Source: Octopus vulgaris
Lineage: Eukaryota
Reading direction: 5' to 3'
NCBI GenBank assembly: GCA_951406725.2
Contig: OX597822.1
Location: 43,834,001 to 43,898,000 of the forward strand
DNA: 64,000 bases
The notes below the pieces were generated by a model that searched no databases, was not told the DNA's origin, and saw only the letters and a program-made list of their open reading frames with translations. This document shows, in pieces, positions 1 to 12,847 of this stretch (position 1 is its first letter; every line of letters starts with the position of its first letter). A program made the translations under genes and the position numbers.

Positions 1-269
1 GTGTGAGTAACTGCGTGGATGCATGTGTGTGGATGTATGCCACTGAGTGTCTGTGTGCGTGCGCATGTGTTGTATGTGTTTTTGTTTTCTTTTTGTGTGT
101 ATGTAAATATTTATTTCTGTTCTGCATGTATCTATTATCTGTCAGAGCATATATCCATATACACACATGCGCACACTCGCACACACATTACACACACACA
201 TTAACACATGCGTGTATGTGTATACATATGTATATGTATATGTATCTATTTATCACTCTCTCACTCTCT

Positions 270-307
<38 letters not shown>

Positions 308-355
308 CCGTATATATAGATCGTTCGTGTATGTATATATATAAATATATATATA

Positions 356-406
<51 letters not shown>

Positions 407-1445
407 GTCTATCAATTTCTCTACCTTATCTACCTGCACATGTATGTACGTCGAACGTTAGAGATACCCTAATGTTCTGCCAAAATTTTAACATCCAGTT
501 CGCTCAGCTACCCAAATATTACCGACTGGTTCACGAAGCCAGCCCGATTTTGACCATAAATTTCGTAAAATCTTACCGTTTGTCAATAAAATATGACTTT
601 ATGAATATAATATTAAAATACCCTAATATCTAGATTCAAAATAAGCCGGTGTCGAAATGCGCCTGAAGGGGAAAAAAGAGCGAATATTTTATATGTATAG
701 TATACTGGCAAAGTTTATTTGATGCTACTACGGATTACACAATATAATGTTTCATTGGTTTGAGAAAGTGAGAGAGGGAGAAGGAAAGGGAGGGAGACGG
801 AGAGGTGGTAAGAGGCTGACGCGATATGGGGAAATGGGCAATATGATGGATGTTAGAAAGACACATCCTTCAAACAGCCCCCAAAATATACGGTTTAGGT
901 GACAGTGTCAATGTATTGTAGAGAGAGGGAAAATACCCATAAGAACAACGCAGGGGTGTCCGTTTCATATATATATACATATATATACAAAGACATACAG
1001 GAAGTAAACAGATACCTATAATTTTCAAAATCTTATTTAATTCGCAAAGCGAACAATTGAGATGTAATTTATAGGAAGGACTACATACTTCAGCATTTAG
1101 TTGAAATTCACTTTGCAGTTTTTAATTCAGAAACTCTTTTTGGCATTTAACTGATGAACTTTGTGATTGTCGCTTGTGGAATTTCTCCCCAATTTTGACG
1201 CAACAATCGAAACAATTCATCTTTAGATTTAGGTTTCTCTCGAGTTTTTTGTATAGCTCTATCTAGTATAATCCAAAGATTTTCAATTGGGTTCATGTCA
1301 GGAGTTTGTCTCGGTCAAGGAACCCTTTTGATCCCATTTTCAGCCAGCCATTGTTGAATCTTTTTCGGTGTGAGACATGGAGCCCCATCTTCCATGAATA
1401 AAAACTCATTTTTCGTTATGTTATCGTGTGAATATATCGGAAATA

Positions 1446-1881
1446 ATAGAAATATTAAAATAACTAAGTCTCTCTAAAAGAGAACAGCGGCAGCGTTCCC
1501 GGAAAATAATAGTTATCGCCATACTAATATGGCATTCTTATAAAAATAAGAAAAAAGCTGTCCGCTTATTAGCTCCATGAGGCCATCGCCTTAAGTTAGC
1601 TATTTGATACACAAACTGTATCCATATAACCTTCGAACAGAGATTGTCGGAAGCGACACCTACTGGCTGGCTACGCTGCATTGAAAAGGGGCAATACCCC
1701 GAAACGCGTCTGTAGCTGCCGGTCAAGTAGTGTGGAGCGACTGACCTCCCTTGTTCGAAGGTTATATGGATACAGTTTGTGTATCAAATAGCAACTTAAG
1801 GCGATGGCCTCATGGAGCTAATAAGCGGACAGCTTTTTTCTTATTTTTATAAGAATGCCATATTAGTATGGCGATAACTAT
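1446..1881 (+). mobile_element. Fold-back PLE-like mini-element with 13-bp target-site duplication
   Basis: TATATCGGAAATA at 1433-1445 and 1882-1894; near-perfect inverted arms 1508-1639 / 1752-1882; HHR in the spacer. Confidence 0.8.
1675..1716 (+). ncRNA. Minimal type-I hammerhead ribozyme, U3:A8 core variant
   Basis: GCTGCA-TTGAAAA-GGGG caata CCCC-GAAA-CGCG-TC-TGTAGC: 6-bp helix I, 4-bp helix II, palindromic ACGCGT helix III, GUC triplet. Confidence 0.8.
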
Positions 1882-2731
1882 TATATCGGAAATAGTTCTT
1901 GCTTAAGTATTTCGATGTATTTTTCAGAGTTTATGATTCCAAAACATTCGATCAGCTCAGAACGACCATTGCTGGTGACAGCTCCCCATACCATTATCGA
2001 GATATCGCCATGTTTTACAGTTGGTTGCAGCCGGGAATTCTTGATTGGGAAGCCTCCAGACCCAAACACGTCCAATGTGTGAAAGTAATGCAAATCTGTA
2101 TTCATCGGAGAAAATCACTCTATCCCAAAATGAACTGGATTTTTCTGACATCTCTTTAGTCCATTTCTTTCTTTTCATGATATTAATTTGTTGAAGGAGA
2201 GGTTTTCTTCTAGCTACTCGTCCATAATACCCAAGCTTATGCAGATATGTAACACACGTTCTTGGACTAACTTCTAGCTGTTTTGCAATGTAAGAAGCCT
2301 TCGAATGGGGTTCGTTTTCCACAGCTCTCTTCAAATAGCGAAGTTTCCTTTCCGAGGGCCCAGGTCGGCCGGGACGAGAATCTGTTGATTTTTTTCTTTG
2401 GCTTTTGAATTGCACTATAATTCTATTAACAGTAGCTAGGAGAATTTGAAGATTTTCGGCAATTTTTCGCAGGCTAAGACCAGCCTCAGGCTACCCAACA
2501 ATACGGCATCTTTGAAAATCTGACTGCTCTGCTGAATTTTTTTGTGGGTGGCATAGATACTCTTCGCAAATGTTTAATATAATGGCACCTGGAATGAAAA
2601 AGAAAATTTACATTGTAAATTCTACACTGCTGAAAAAATGTTCAGGCGCTTAGATCAGAAACTTTGAAAATTTAGGGTGTCTATTTACTTCCTGCATGTC
2701 TCTCTGTGTGTGTGTGTATATATATATATGT

Positions 2732-2838
<107 letters not shown>

Positions 2839-2859
2839 GTATATGTATATATATGTATA

Positions 2860-2907
<48 letters not shown>

Positions 2908-2942
2908 TATATATATATATATGTGTGTGTGTTTATATCTGA

Positions 2943-2972
<30 letters not shown>

Positions 2973-2976
<4 letters not shown>

Positions 2977-3163
2977 AGAAATCACATAAAAAACAAAAGA
3001 CGAAGACAGGTGGTGTAAACAACAAACAGATGTATTAGTTTTAACGTTCGGGATGTGAAAATGTCTTTAACGTTTCGAGTCGAGCCTGCGTTCTTCCACA
3101 GAAAGGAGCACAGAAAGAAATAAGGAGAGAAAATAAAAAATGTGTAGTGGCTAGCGATCTATC
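2973..3163 (-). mobile_element. Short HHR-bearing repeat, family A (degenerate motif at 3064-3105)
   Basis: Similar to 10835-11033, 37183-37322, 42020-42203 and 60311-60463; next to (TA)n. Confidence 0.75.
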
Positions 3164-3199
3164 ATATATATATATACAGAGAGAGAGGGGGGGAGAGAG

Positions 3200-4490
3200 A
3201 GACAGAGAGAAATAATGATCACAATGATGATGATGGTGATGGTGATAACGATGATGATGTTGCTGATGATAATAATGATGATGAACACTGGTGGTGCTGA
3301 TGATGGTAGTGATATATACATGTATACACACGCATGCAGACACACATACACAAACACACACACACACACACACACCTACACACGCCTTGTGCCTAGAGTA
3401 GAAAGGTTTATATCTGCACGATTTGGGTTGACCTGGGATTAAAAGATAGTAATCGGCAACAGCAGCAGCACGGCCACTACCACCATTACCGTCACGACGA
3501 CGACGATCACCACCACCACCACCACCACCACCACCACAACAACAACAACAACAACAACAACATCAGCAACAAAAATATCAACGAACACAACCGCTACAAT
3601 CACCACAAAAACCACCAACACCACCACCTCCACAAAGACATCAACAGGGACAGCAACCACTACAATCACCACCATACCATTACTACTACTACAACCACCA
3701 TCACTACCACCACAACACCAACAAAAACATCAACAAGCTTCACAACAGCTGCAGCAAACACCACCACCACGTCCACCACAACCACCGCTGTCATTATAAT
3801 CATCACCACCAACATCAAGAATAACAACAACCACCACAAACGCAACAAAACTTTTTACACGCGGAAAAAATAAACGGGGGTGGTGGTGATTTGGTGATGA
3901 TGATGGTGGCGATGGTGATGGTGGTAATGATAGTGGTGGTGGTGGTAGCGGTGATAATGGTGGTGGTAGTGGTGGTGGTAGTGGTGATGATTGTGGTGGT
4001 GGTGGTGATTTGGTGATGATGATGGTGGTGATGGTGATGGCGGTAATGATAGTGGTGGTGGTGGTAGTGGTAATAAAGGCGGCGAGCTGGCAGAAACGTT
4101 AGCACGCCGGGCGAAATGCTTAGCGGTATTTCGTCTGCCGTTACGTTGAGTTCAAATTCCGCCGAGGTTGACTTTGCCTTTCATCCTTTCGGGGTCGATA
4201 AATTAAGTACCAGTTCTGCACTGGGGTCGATGTAATCGACTTAATACCTATGTCTGTCCTTGTTTGTCTCCTCTAAGTTTAGCCCCTTGTGGGTAATAAA
4301 GAAATAGGTTGTGGTGGTGATGGTGGTGGTTGTAATGATGATGGTGGTGGTAGTGGTGATTATGGTTGTAGTGTTGGTGGTAGTGGTGATGATGGTGGTG
4401 GTGATAATGTGGTGATGATAGTGTTAGTGGAGTTGATGATGGTGGTGGTGGTGGTGGTTGTAATTTTTGGAAGTAGTGGCGTTTAATCCT
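3200..4490. repeat. Degenerate trinucleotide arrays (GAT, CAC/CAA, GGT)
   Basis: Direct reading; explains the poly-H/V/T/G pseudo-ORFs. Confidence 0.9.
4078..4306 (+). mobile_element. SINE with Nin/Deu-like central domain
   Basis: GGCGGCGAGCTGGCAGAA head, B-box-like GAGTTCAAATTCC, GCCTTTCATCCTTTCGGGGTCGATAAAT domain, AATAAAGAAA tail; close copy at 18170-18397. Confidence 0.85.
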
Positions 4491-5023
4491 CTGCCTTGGC
4501 TGTAGAATATTTATTTACATCCAGACGAAACGGCCGTTCGAAACTGCTCTTAGAAGCAATGGAAATTCCATTGACCGTTACTAGTGTCCGCCATTCGTTC
4601 TCTTTCATTGTTACTCCCCCTCCACCTCCCATCTTCTCTCTTTCTCTCTGCGTCTCTTTCTATCCTTCTATGTCACTCCCTCTCTCTTTCTCACTCTCTC
4701 GGGGCCTTCCTAGACCTATTAATAATATTTTATTACCAATGTTAAATTCTTCAAGTAATCTATTTATTTAACTTATCTAAACTTCTAACGCAGACTTTGC
4801 TTAATTCTCGTCATGTGATGTTATTACTTTCCAACATACAACTGGCAGTGGTTTTATGTACGTACACACGTGTGTATATGTATGCATGTATGTATTATGT
4901 GTGTATATATGTGTGTATGTCTGTATGTATGCATGTATGTATGTATGTATGTATGTATGTATGTATGTATGTCTGTATTAATGTATGTATGTTTGTGTGT
5001 GTATGCATGTATATGTGAGTGTG

Positions 5024-5086
<63 letters not shown>

Positions 5087-5390
5087 CTGTATGTATATAT
5101 GTATGTGTTTGCGTGTGTATATATGTGTGTATATATCTATGTATGCATGTATATATGTATGCATGTATATATGTACGTGTGTGTATATGTATATATGTAT
5201 GTATATATGTATGCATGTGAGTTTATATGTATGTGTGTGTGCATGTGTGTATGTATGTATGTGTGTTTGTATCTATGAAGGTAGATAGATAGGTAGGTAT
5301 ATATAGATGCATGAAAGTATGTGTATATGTTATACATATGCATATATTATATATACCTACATATACACACACACATATAAATATATACAT

Positions 5391-5459
<69 letters not shown>

Positions 5460-5500
5460 TACATCTACATATTTATATGTACATATACCTATATGTAAGA

Positions 5501-5541
<41 letters not shown>

Positions 5542-5680
5542 AATATAGATATATTATATGCAAAATATATGCACGTACATATACAAAATATACATATATA
5601 TATATACAAAATATATACATGTACGTGTATCTATATATAAGGTACATATCTATTAGGTGTGCATATATATATATATATAC

Positions 5681-5714
<34 letters not shown>

Positions 5715-6589
5715 ATAAACACACACACACACAGTGCTCTCAGGTATACACTCACAGACATATACATATATATATACATACTATGACATATTGTAGTTTC
5801 GCTACTGTGAGAGAGGGTGTGTGTATATATTTGTATATGTACTTGCGTATGTATGTGTGTGAATGTGGTGATGCTGGTGATGATGGAGATGGTGGTGTGC
5901 TGATGTATGTGTATGTGTGTAGGTGTGTATCTGGTGTGTTTTACGATGAACTAAAGGCATTAGACAAAACTACTTAAAATTCTGTACCTGTAAGTCCCGA
6001 ATTCAAACTCTGGTTTGGCCAACTTTATTTTCAATTGCTTCGGGGCCGATAAAATCATTAACACTCTTCTAGAATCTACAGAGTTGAACAACGTTTAGAC
6101 AATAATTGGTCCGTAGCCAATACCCGAACGAGGTCGATACCACGCAAATTAAATTGTCAAGCACGTCAATAAGAAACGATTTGATTGGAGGAATTCAAAC
6201 ATTTCTTGAAGCAGAATGCGTACACACGTAAGGAATACTGTTTACATACATACATGGGTTTGTTCATATAGGCACATATGTGTGTGTGAGTCTGTGCAAA
6301 GATACATTTATACCTACATAATTGTATCGGTGTATTTCATATATGTATGCGTGCGCAAGATCTATAATTGTAGCTGCCCTCAGGTCAAGATCAGGAAGTG
6401 TACGTACATAAAATTACAATGAAATGAACTTTTGTTGCGGCCACATCCTGTTTTATCGCATTCTAAAGTGCAGTTTGAACTTAGACAGTTTTGATATGTA
6501 AATAAATGTTAAACAACTTTATTATGATCTGGACCACGGCTTCTGCAGACTTGTCCATTTTCTTAGTGTTATTAATTAGAGCAGCAGCA

Positions 6590-6925
6590 TTTAAAGTGAT
6601 GAACTGGTAGAATCGTTACCGTGCCGGACAAAATGCTTAATGATATTTTGTCCGTCTTTACGATCTGAGTTCCTTTCATACTTTTGGGCGTCGATAAATT
6701 AAGTACCAGTCTAGTACTGGGGTCGATGATGTAATCAACCTTGCCTTTCCTCCCAATATTGCAGGTCTTGTGCCTATAATACAAAAGATTAATTAGGGCA
6801 GCAGCATTCAAGGGTGTCATAATCGTTACTGTGCGGACAAAATGCTTAACGGCATTTTGTCCGTCTTTACGCTCTGAGTTCATATTCCACCCATGTCGAC
6901 ATTACTTTTCATATTTTCGGGGACG
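6590..6925 (+). mobile_element. Two adjacent diverged copies of the Nin/Deu-like SINE
   Basis: aatcgttac..ggacaaaatgcttaa..attttgtccgtctttacg..tgagttc occurs twice. Confidence 0.7.
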
Positions 6926-6927
6926 CT

Positions 6928-7175
6928 ATGGCAACTTTCACCTTCTGTTGCGCTAGGCCCCTCATTTGGATGCCATATGTTATGACGCCTTCTTCAGCAG
7001 CAACTTGGTGCGTTCTGCTACCAGCCCAGGTTCCACGGCTCATCAGACTGAGAAAAAGAAACTGTCATGGAATCGGTTTATGGTCGAGCTTGTGGCAGTG
7101 GAGACCTCCAGAGTTCTTGGCCCCCTGACCATAAGCCTGCTTTCTGATGGCTGTCCACAAATCTCACAGAGGTTG
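6928..7175 (+). pseudogene. Remnant of the restriction-like endonuclease region of an RLE-type non-LTR retrotransposon
   Basis: ORF 6966-7244, DAICYDAF..SNL..SA..PG..A...EKKK...VAVET..VLGP, resembles the WDATCxDT..AExxKxxKY..PxAVETxG C-terminal motif. Confidence 0.5.
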
Positions 7176-8889
7176 AATTTATTGTCTGTATATATGAGAG
7201 CGATAAAAAATGATTATGCAAATACTTGTATCTGCTGTAGCTGACTCAAAATTCCGCCGAGTTCCCCTTCGTCTTTCACTTTTCGTGGTTAAAAAACCAA
7301 ATACCAATTGAACACTGGGGTTAATGGAATTCACTGGATCCCAAATCCCAAACATTCAGGCATTCAGCAGAGAAGATACCACTTACACATTTCTCCCACA
7401 ACGCTACTTATTTCATTTCACTGTTACAACTTACAGTTTAACTGCAGGGTTGGTGGCAAGTGGTAGACTGTTTAGCGTATTTAATTTCATACGTTTTGAG
7501 TTCAAATCTGTCGAACTGCGATTTTACTTTTTATTCATTCAGAGCCGATTAAATGTAACACTGGAATAGATGTGATTGACAAAAGTGAGCTCCCAAGAAA
7601 TGTGTTGTACTGTGTCTTTATCAGTGGTTCTCAGCCTTTTTTAATATCCGGTCCAGAACCAAATCACAAAAGAAAATAAAATAGCTCAAAGACAAAAAAT
7701 TATTTTTATCGAAGGAAGAGCGTCAGAGGTCGCCGAGAAGGTACTTGAGCGTCGCATGAGGCACTGGGAGCTACGGTTGCAAACCGCTGATCTCTACTTT
7801 GAATTTTTATTCAATCGAACAACACGATATGTCGGTGCCCATGGACCTTGTAATTCCTGCCAGACGAATAACTCCTATGTTTTATACTCGGGTTCAATTC
7901 CTGCAGACTTACATCTGTAAGAGTTTGAAGCACCAGCGTGCTGGAGCTCAAGTTGAAACCAAAGAAGATTATTAAAGAGAAGTTTTTTTTTTCTTATAAT
8001 GTGAGGATTTGTATTGCATCAAGTTTGAGATGCAATAACAAAGCGAGGAAAGTATGGTGTGCAACAGTATCACTTTTATGTGACTAGAAGCACGAGAACC
8101 TGGTAGAATGTCAGTTACTAATTCCCGAAGTATTTATTTTCAGGGCCGGAAGAATAAATCTAAGCATTTCAGAGACACATTTTGTAATGTTATCGACGTG
8201 TTAACTGAATTGCCTTTCAAACGAAGATGGACGGTCACGAAATATTTAGAGTTTATCTCTTATACTAAAGCAGCACTCGTCACCCTGTGTCTAAATAATG
8301 GCTAGTAATCAACAATTTGCAGTACAAGCAAGGTTTTATACCTGATTTCTTTCATCATGACAAACTAACATTGGCACATTTGACCGAATCTATTTGCATA
8401 AGCGACGTTTAATGCATATTGACTTTATTCATTACACGATTTCAACATTTACTCGTCAATTCCGTGCAAAGAAGTGTGAGTGAAATAAGTATTTAGATGC
8501 ATGCCCTCCTAAATAGGATGTTGCAGCCATTAACATTGATTAAAATTTAAGCTGGTGCGAAATTGAGGCTAGAAAAATCAGTCGACATATTGGATTGCAT
8601 AATAACCGAAATATGTTGTTAAAAACTCGTAGTTGTTGCAGTTGTTGTTGATGTTGGTGTTGGTGATGATGTTGTTGCGGATTAGGTCCACACCAACTAT
8701 AACTGAGAAGCAGACATAACCAAGTATGACTTACGATCAAATCATAGTTATTCCATATTTTCTTGTGCACTATATCAATTTCAGTGCTTGTCTCCCTTTT
8801 GAAAACAATAGCGTGTAATTTGAGGAAGATTTGACAAGTGTCTAGCATGTCAACTAACTACGTAGAAAACACCTCTTCCACTAAGTTAC

Positions 8890-9045
8890 TCTTCTTCTTC
8901 TTCTTCTTCTTCTTCTATTTCTTCTTCCCCCGCTTCTTTTTCTATTTCTTCCTCCTCCTCTTCTTTCTCTTCTTTCTCTTCTTTCACTCCATTCCCGTCT
9001 TCTTTCACTTCTTCCTCTTCCTCCTCATCTTCTTCTTCTTCCTCT

Positions 9046-9104
<59 letters not shown>

Positions 9105-9221
9105 TTCTTCTTCTTCTTCTTCTTCTTCTTCCTCTTCCTCTTCCTCTTCCTCTTTCTCTTCTTCCTCTTCTTCTTCTTCTTCTACTTCCCCTTCCTCTTC
9201 ATCTTCTTCCTCTTCTTCTTA

Positions 9222-9255
<34 letters not shown>

Positions 9256-9458
9256 TCTTCATCCTCTTCTTCTTCCTCTACTTCCTCTTCCTCTCTTCCT
9301 CCTCATCTTCGTCTTCTTCCTCTTCCTATTCCTATTTTTCTTCTTCCTCTTCCTCTTCCTCTACTTCCTCTACTTCCTCTACTTCTTCCTCTTCCTCTAC
9401 TTCCTCTTCCTCTTCTTCCTCTCCCTCTTCTTCTTCTTCTTCTTCCTCTTCCTCTCCC

Positions 9459-9490
<32 letters not shown>

Positions 9491-9624
9491 TTCTTCCTCT
9501 TCTTCTTCTTCCTCTTCCTCTCTTCCTCTTCTTCCTCTTCCTCTTCCTCTCTTCCTCTTCTTCTTCTTCCTCCTCATCCTCTTCCTCCTCATCCTCTTCT
9601 TCTTCTTCGTCTTCTTCTTCTTCT
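8890..9624. repeat. ~735-bp polypyrimidine (CTT/CCT)n tract
   Basis: Direct reading. Confidence 0.95.
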
Positions 9625-9937
9625 GCACCTGACGCTCAAACCGAATTGCAATTTTAAATTGACCGGTTTCATCATTTTTAGGTTATTCACAATGATAAAC
9701 GAAAATACGTTTCAGAGAGATTGATTGATCAGAAGAGAATTCGGTAAAATACACTTAAAAATAAACGTTTTTACTCCGTATATGAGTGTGTGTATATGTG
9801 TGTGTATATGTATACATGGATATGCGTGTGTATGCATCGGTGTGTGTGTAATGTGTATAATTACCTTCATTTTTTTTCCTTCATTCCAGTCCATAAACAC
9901 GTATATAATTGCAATTCTCTCACACTCTCTTCAAATA

Positions 9938-9968
<31 letters not shown>

Positions 9969-10004
9969 GTACGTGCGCGCGTGTAGATATGTATACACAT
10001 CTAC

Positions 10005-10064
<60 letters not shown>

Positions 10065-10834
10065 GTGATCATAAATAAAAGCAGAGGCAAACCCTACGAG
10101 ACGGATTCGGAGAAAAAAATAACAACTGGGACTCAGGACCCTCAAGACAGGTAGGATTGTCATCACCGAAGCATGAATAATTTTGGCGGGAAGATAAAAA
10201 TAAAGATACGATTAATTGCTATAACCGAAGAAGTGATTGGTGTTGCTTCAATGGTTGCGTCTGCTCGAAGGATCGCTGTTTGGGTAGTTTTCTGAGGCCA
10301 TACACATACAGGTAAGCACGTATAATTGCATTCATCTCGAGGTATACACTAGCATAGGACCATGTATGCACTCGCATACACGTATATACACATTCATAAT
10401 TTACGTATTTTGCAGCCTCTTTATATGTATTTATATGTCTGTCTATACGTATTTATTTATATATAAATATTTTTCAGTAAATCGATTTACACACATGTGT
10501 ACTTATGGATATAAATATATATGAAAATAGTTACTTATTTTTATATATGCTCCAGCATGACCACTGGTGCATGGCCGAAACAAATTACAAAATAAAAGAA
10601 TATATATATATATATATATATTTGTGTGTGTGTGTGTGTTAGTGTATATAGGGAGATGTATTCGCATGGCAAGTGACCTGATTTGAGATCGTGTGGTGGA
10701 AAATGAAAACAATTGCAGCGGGGAAGGTTTTTATAAGCCATTTAAAAACACAAAAATAGTTTTTGTGTGTTTTTAAATGGCTTCTAAACACCTTCCACGC
10801 AGCAATTGCTATATAAAGATATATATATATGTTG

Positions 10835-11032
10835 ATTCGCTAGCTTCTGCAAGCATTTTTTTCTCTCTTTGTTTCTTTCCGTGTTTCTTTTCTGTGTATC
10901 TTTCTGTTGAAGAGCGTAGGCTCGAAACGTAAAAGACTTGTTTTATTTATATTCCTGAGCGCCATACTAATACAATTGTTTGTTTGTATTCCACCTGCCT
11001 TCGTCTTTTGTTTATTTTCATAAAGCTTCCCG

Positions 11033-11033
<1 letters not shown>
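10835..11033 (+). mobile_element. Family A short repeat with HHR-like motif at 10899-10936
   Basis: TCTTT-CTGTTGA-A-GAGC gtag GCTC-GAAA-CG-TA-AAAGA; runs into (TA)n. Confidence 0.75.
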
Positions 11034-11075
<42 letters not shown>

Positions 11076-12034
11076 CATACATACATACATATACATATAT
11101 ATACATATATATACGTATGCATATATATGTATATATCTATGCAAATATGTATATTTATGTCTATATGTGAAGTATATACTCGCAGATATATACTCGCAGA
11201 TATATACTCGCAGATAAAAAAGTAAACGCAAATAATGAATATGCGCACACATGTGCCTGTGGTGTGTGCATATATCTATTCATATGTGTGTGTGTTTGTG
11301 TGTTTGTGTGTGTGTGTGTGTGTTTGTGTGCGTGTATGTGTGCACATGTAACTTTACCGTAATCATTAAGTACGTAGGTGTTCGAATATGGATGAAGGCT
11401 GGCGTTCCACAACAACGTGGTCAAAATTACGATCCTTGAAGATGATAAGCAACAACACCAATCCGCCACCTCATCACCCTGGAAATGGCAATCAATCACT
11501 ATACCACGCTACCGATGTGTTATTTGGTAATTTACCATCCAAAATTCTTCATGCTTCAGTGAACACAATCCTTTTTCTCTCGCAGTCATTTGTCTTTGTC
11601 GATTTTCTTGTTGGGTCGTTCACGCAGTGAATGCCACACCGCTTAATCTGTCTTCCATTTTTTTTTCTTGCTATTACTTCTTTGTCTTATGTGTGTGTGT
11701 GCGTGTGTGCGTGTGAGTGTGTGTGCTTATGAATATTTATGTATATAAATATGCGTATGTATGCATGTATAAGTATCTATGTATAAACATATATAGACAC
11801 ATATATGTATATAAAAACATACGTATCTGTATCTTTCTATCTATCAATCTATCTATCTATACACACACACACACACATACATACATGCATATACATGTAC
11901 GCGTGTGTGCAATTTTTTTGTATACTTGTGTGTGTATTTGTATGTGTTTTGTGCATGGTTACATTTATTTCCAAACGCATGCATGCATGTATATATATAT
12001 ATATATATATATACACATACATATATACATACAG

Positions 12035-12065
<31 letters not shown>

Positions 12066-12098
12066 TATATATATATAATATGTACAGATATATATATA

Positions 12099-12166
<68 letters not shown>

Positions 12167-12847
12167 CATATATATATTCATATACCTGTTTGTGCATGTA
12201 GGCATCATGACATGTGTGTGTATGTATGTTTCTGGCTGGGTGTGAATATATATAAAATGCTATTTGTAAGCTTGAACATCTGAAATAAGACCTCTCAAAA
12301 CGTCGTGAGTGATACACTGTGTAAACCGTATTTTCTGGCACACAAGTCGAATTCTTCAAGTCGAAAGTACAGTTCGACGTATGCACCAAGAAGCTGTTGC
12401 AGAATTCAAGACTATGCGTGAAACGTAACAGGATTTGGAAAAATGGCGACTTTGTTTGACTATTTACGCTATTTGTTGACACTTGCATGCCAGAAGATAC
12501 GGTGAACTTATCAAAGTAATGAGAAATTTCGTTCACCAGATGAAATTTTTATGTGAAAAACCTGTTGGAATATTTACAACGGAGGTATTCGAAAACTGAT
12601 ATAGAAATTAGGGGAAATTGTTACCATATTCAATGCCGGAGCCTGCATCCCGTTTGAAAAAAGAGTAGGGAGAAAGAGGAGATAACTGCGCAGCAACTAA
12701 ACGCAAACAACTTGATATTTATATTTAGGTACAGAAAGAAAGAAGTTAGATAAAATATTTGTAACATAAAAAAAGGATTTAACAGAAGTGAATGTGTGTA
12801 GATCAGGCAATAGCTACTTCTGCATATGTATATACTTGTATATATGT

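Larger units (their letters stand above)
998..2694 (-). mobile_element. Decayed Tc1/mariner DNA transposon, interrupted by an HHR-bearing insertion
   Basis: ~33-bp imperfect TIRs (CAGGAAGTAAACAGATACC.. at 998; ..GGTGTCTATTTACTTCCTG ending 2694), TA on the left. Minus-strand ORF pieces 1957-2415 (GRP, ARRKPLL, VIFSDE) and 1881-2105 (TVKHG..IMVWG); MEDGAPCL and PDMNPIENLW at about 1270-1396. Frameshifted. Confidence 0.9.

Noticed and set aside
650-690. GCGCCTGAAGG..GAA as a hammerhead
   Set aside because: Core incomplete and no helix II.
8838-9632. 264-aa poly-F/poly-S ORF and antisense poly-E/K ORF
   Set aside because: Products of the (CTT/CCT)n tract.
11172-11215. Three TATATACTCGCAGA units as a CRISPR-like array
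   Set aside because: Tandem minisatellite without spacers, in eukaryotic DNA with no cas genes.
12280-12620. Possible mariner/IS630-like transposase N-terminus (similar hint at 33248-33476)
   Set aside because: Too degraded; no second TIR or catalytic motif visible.
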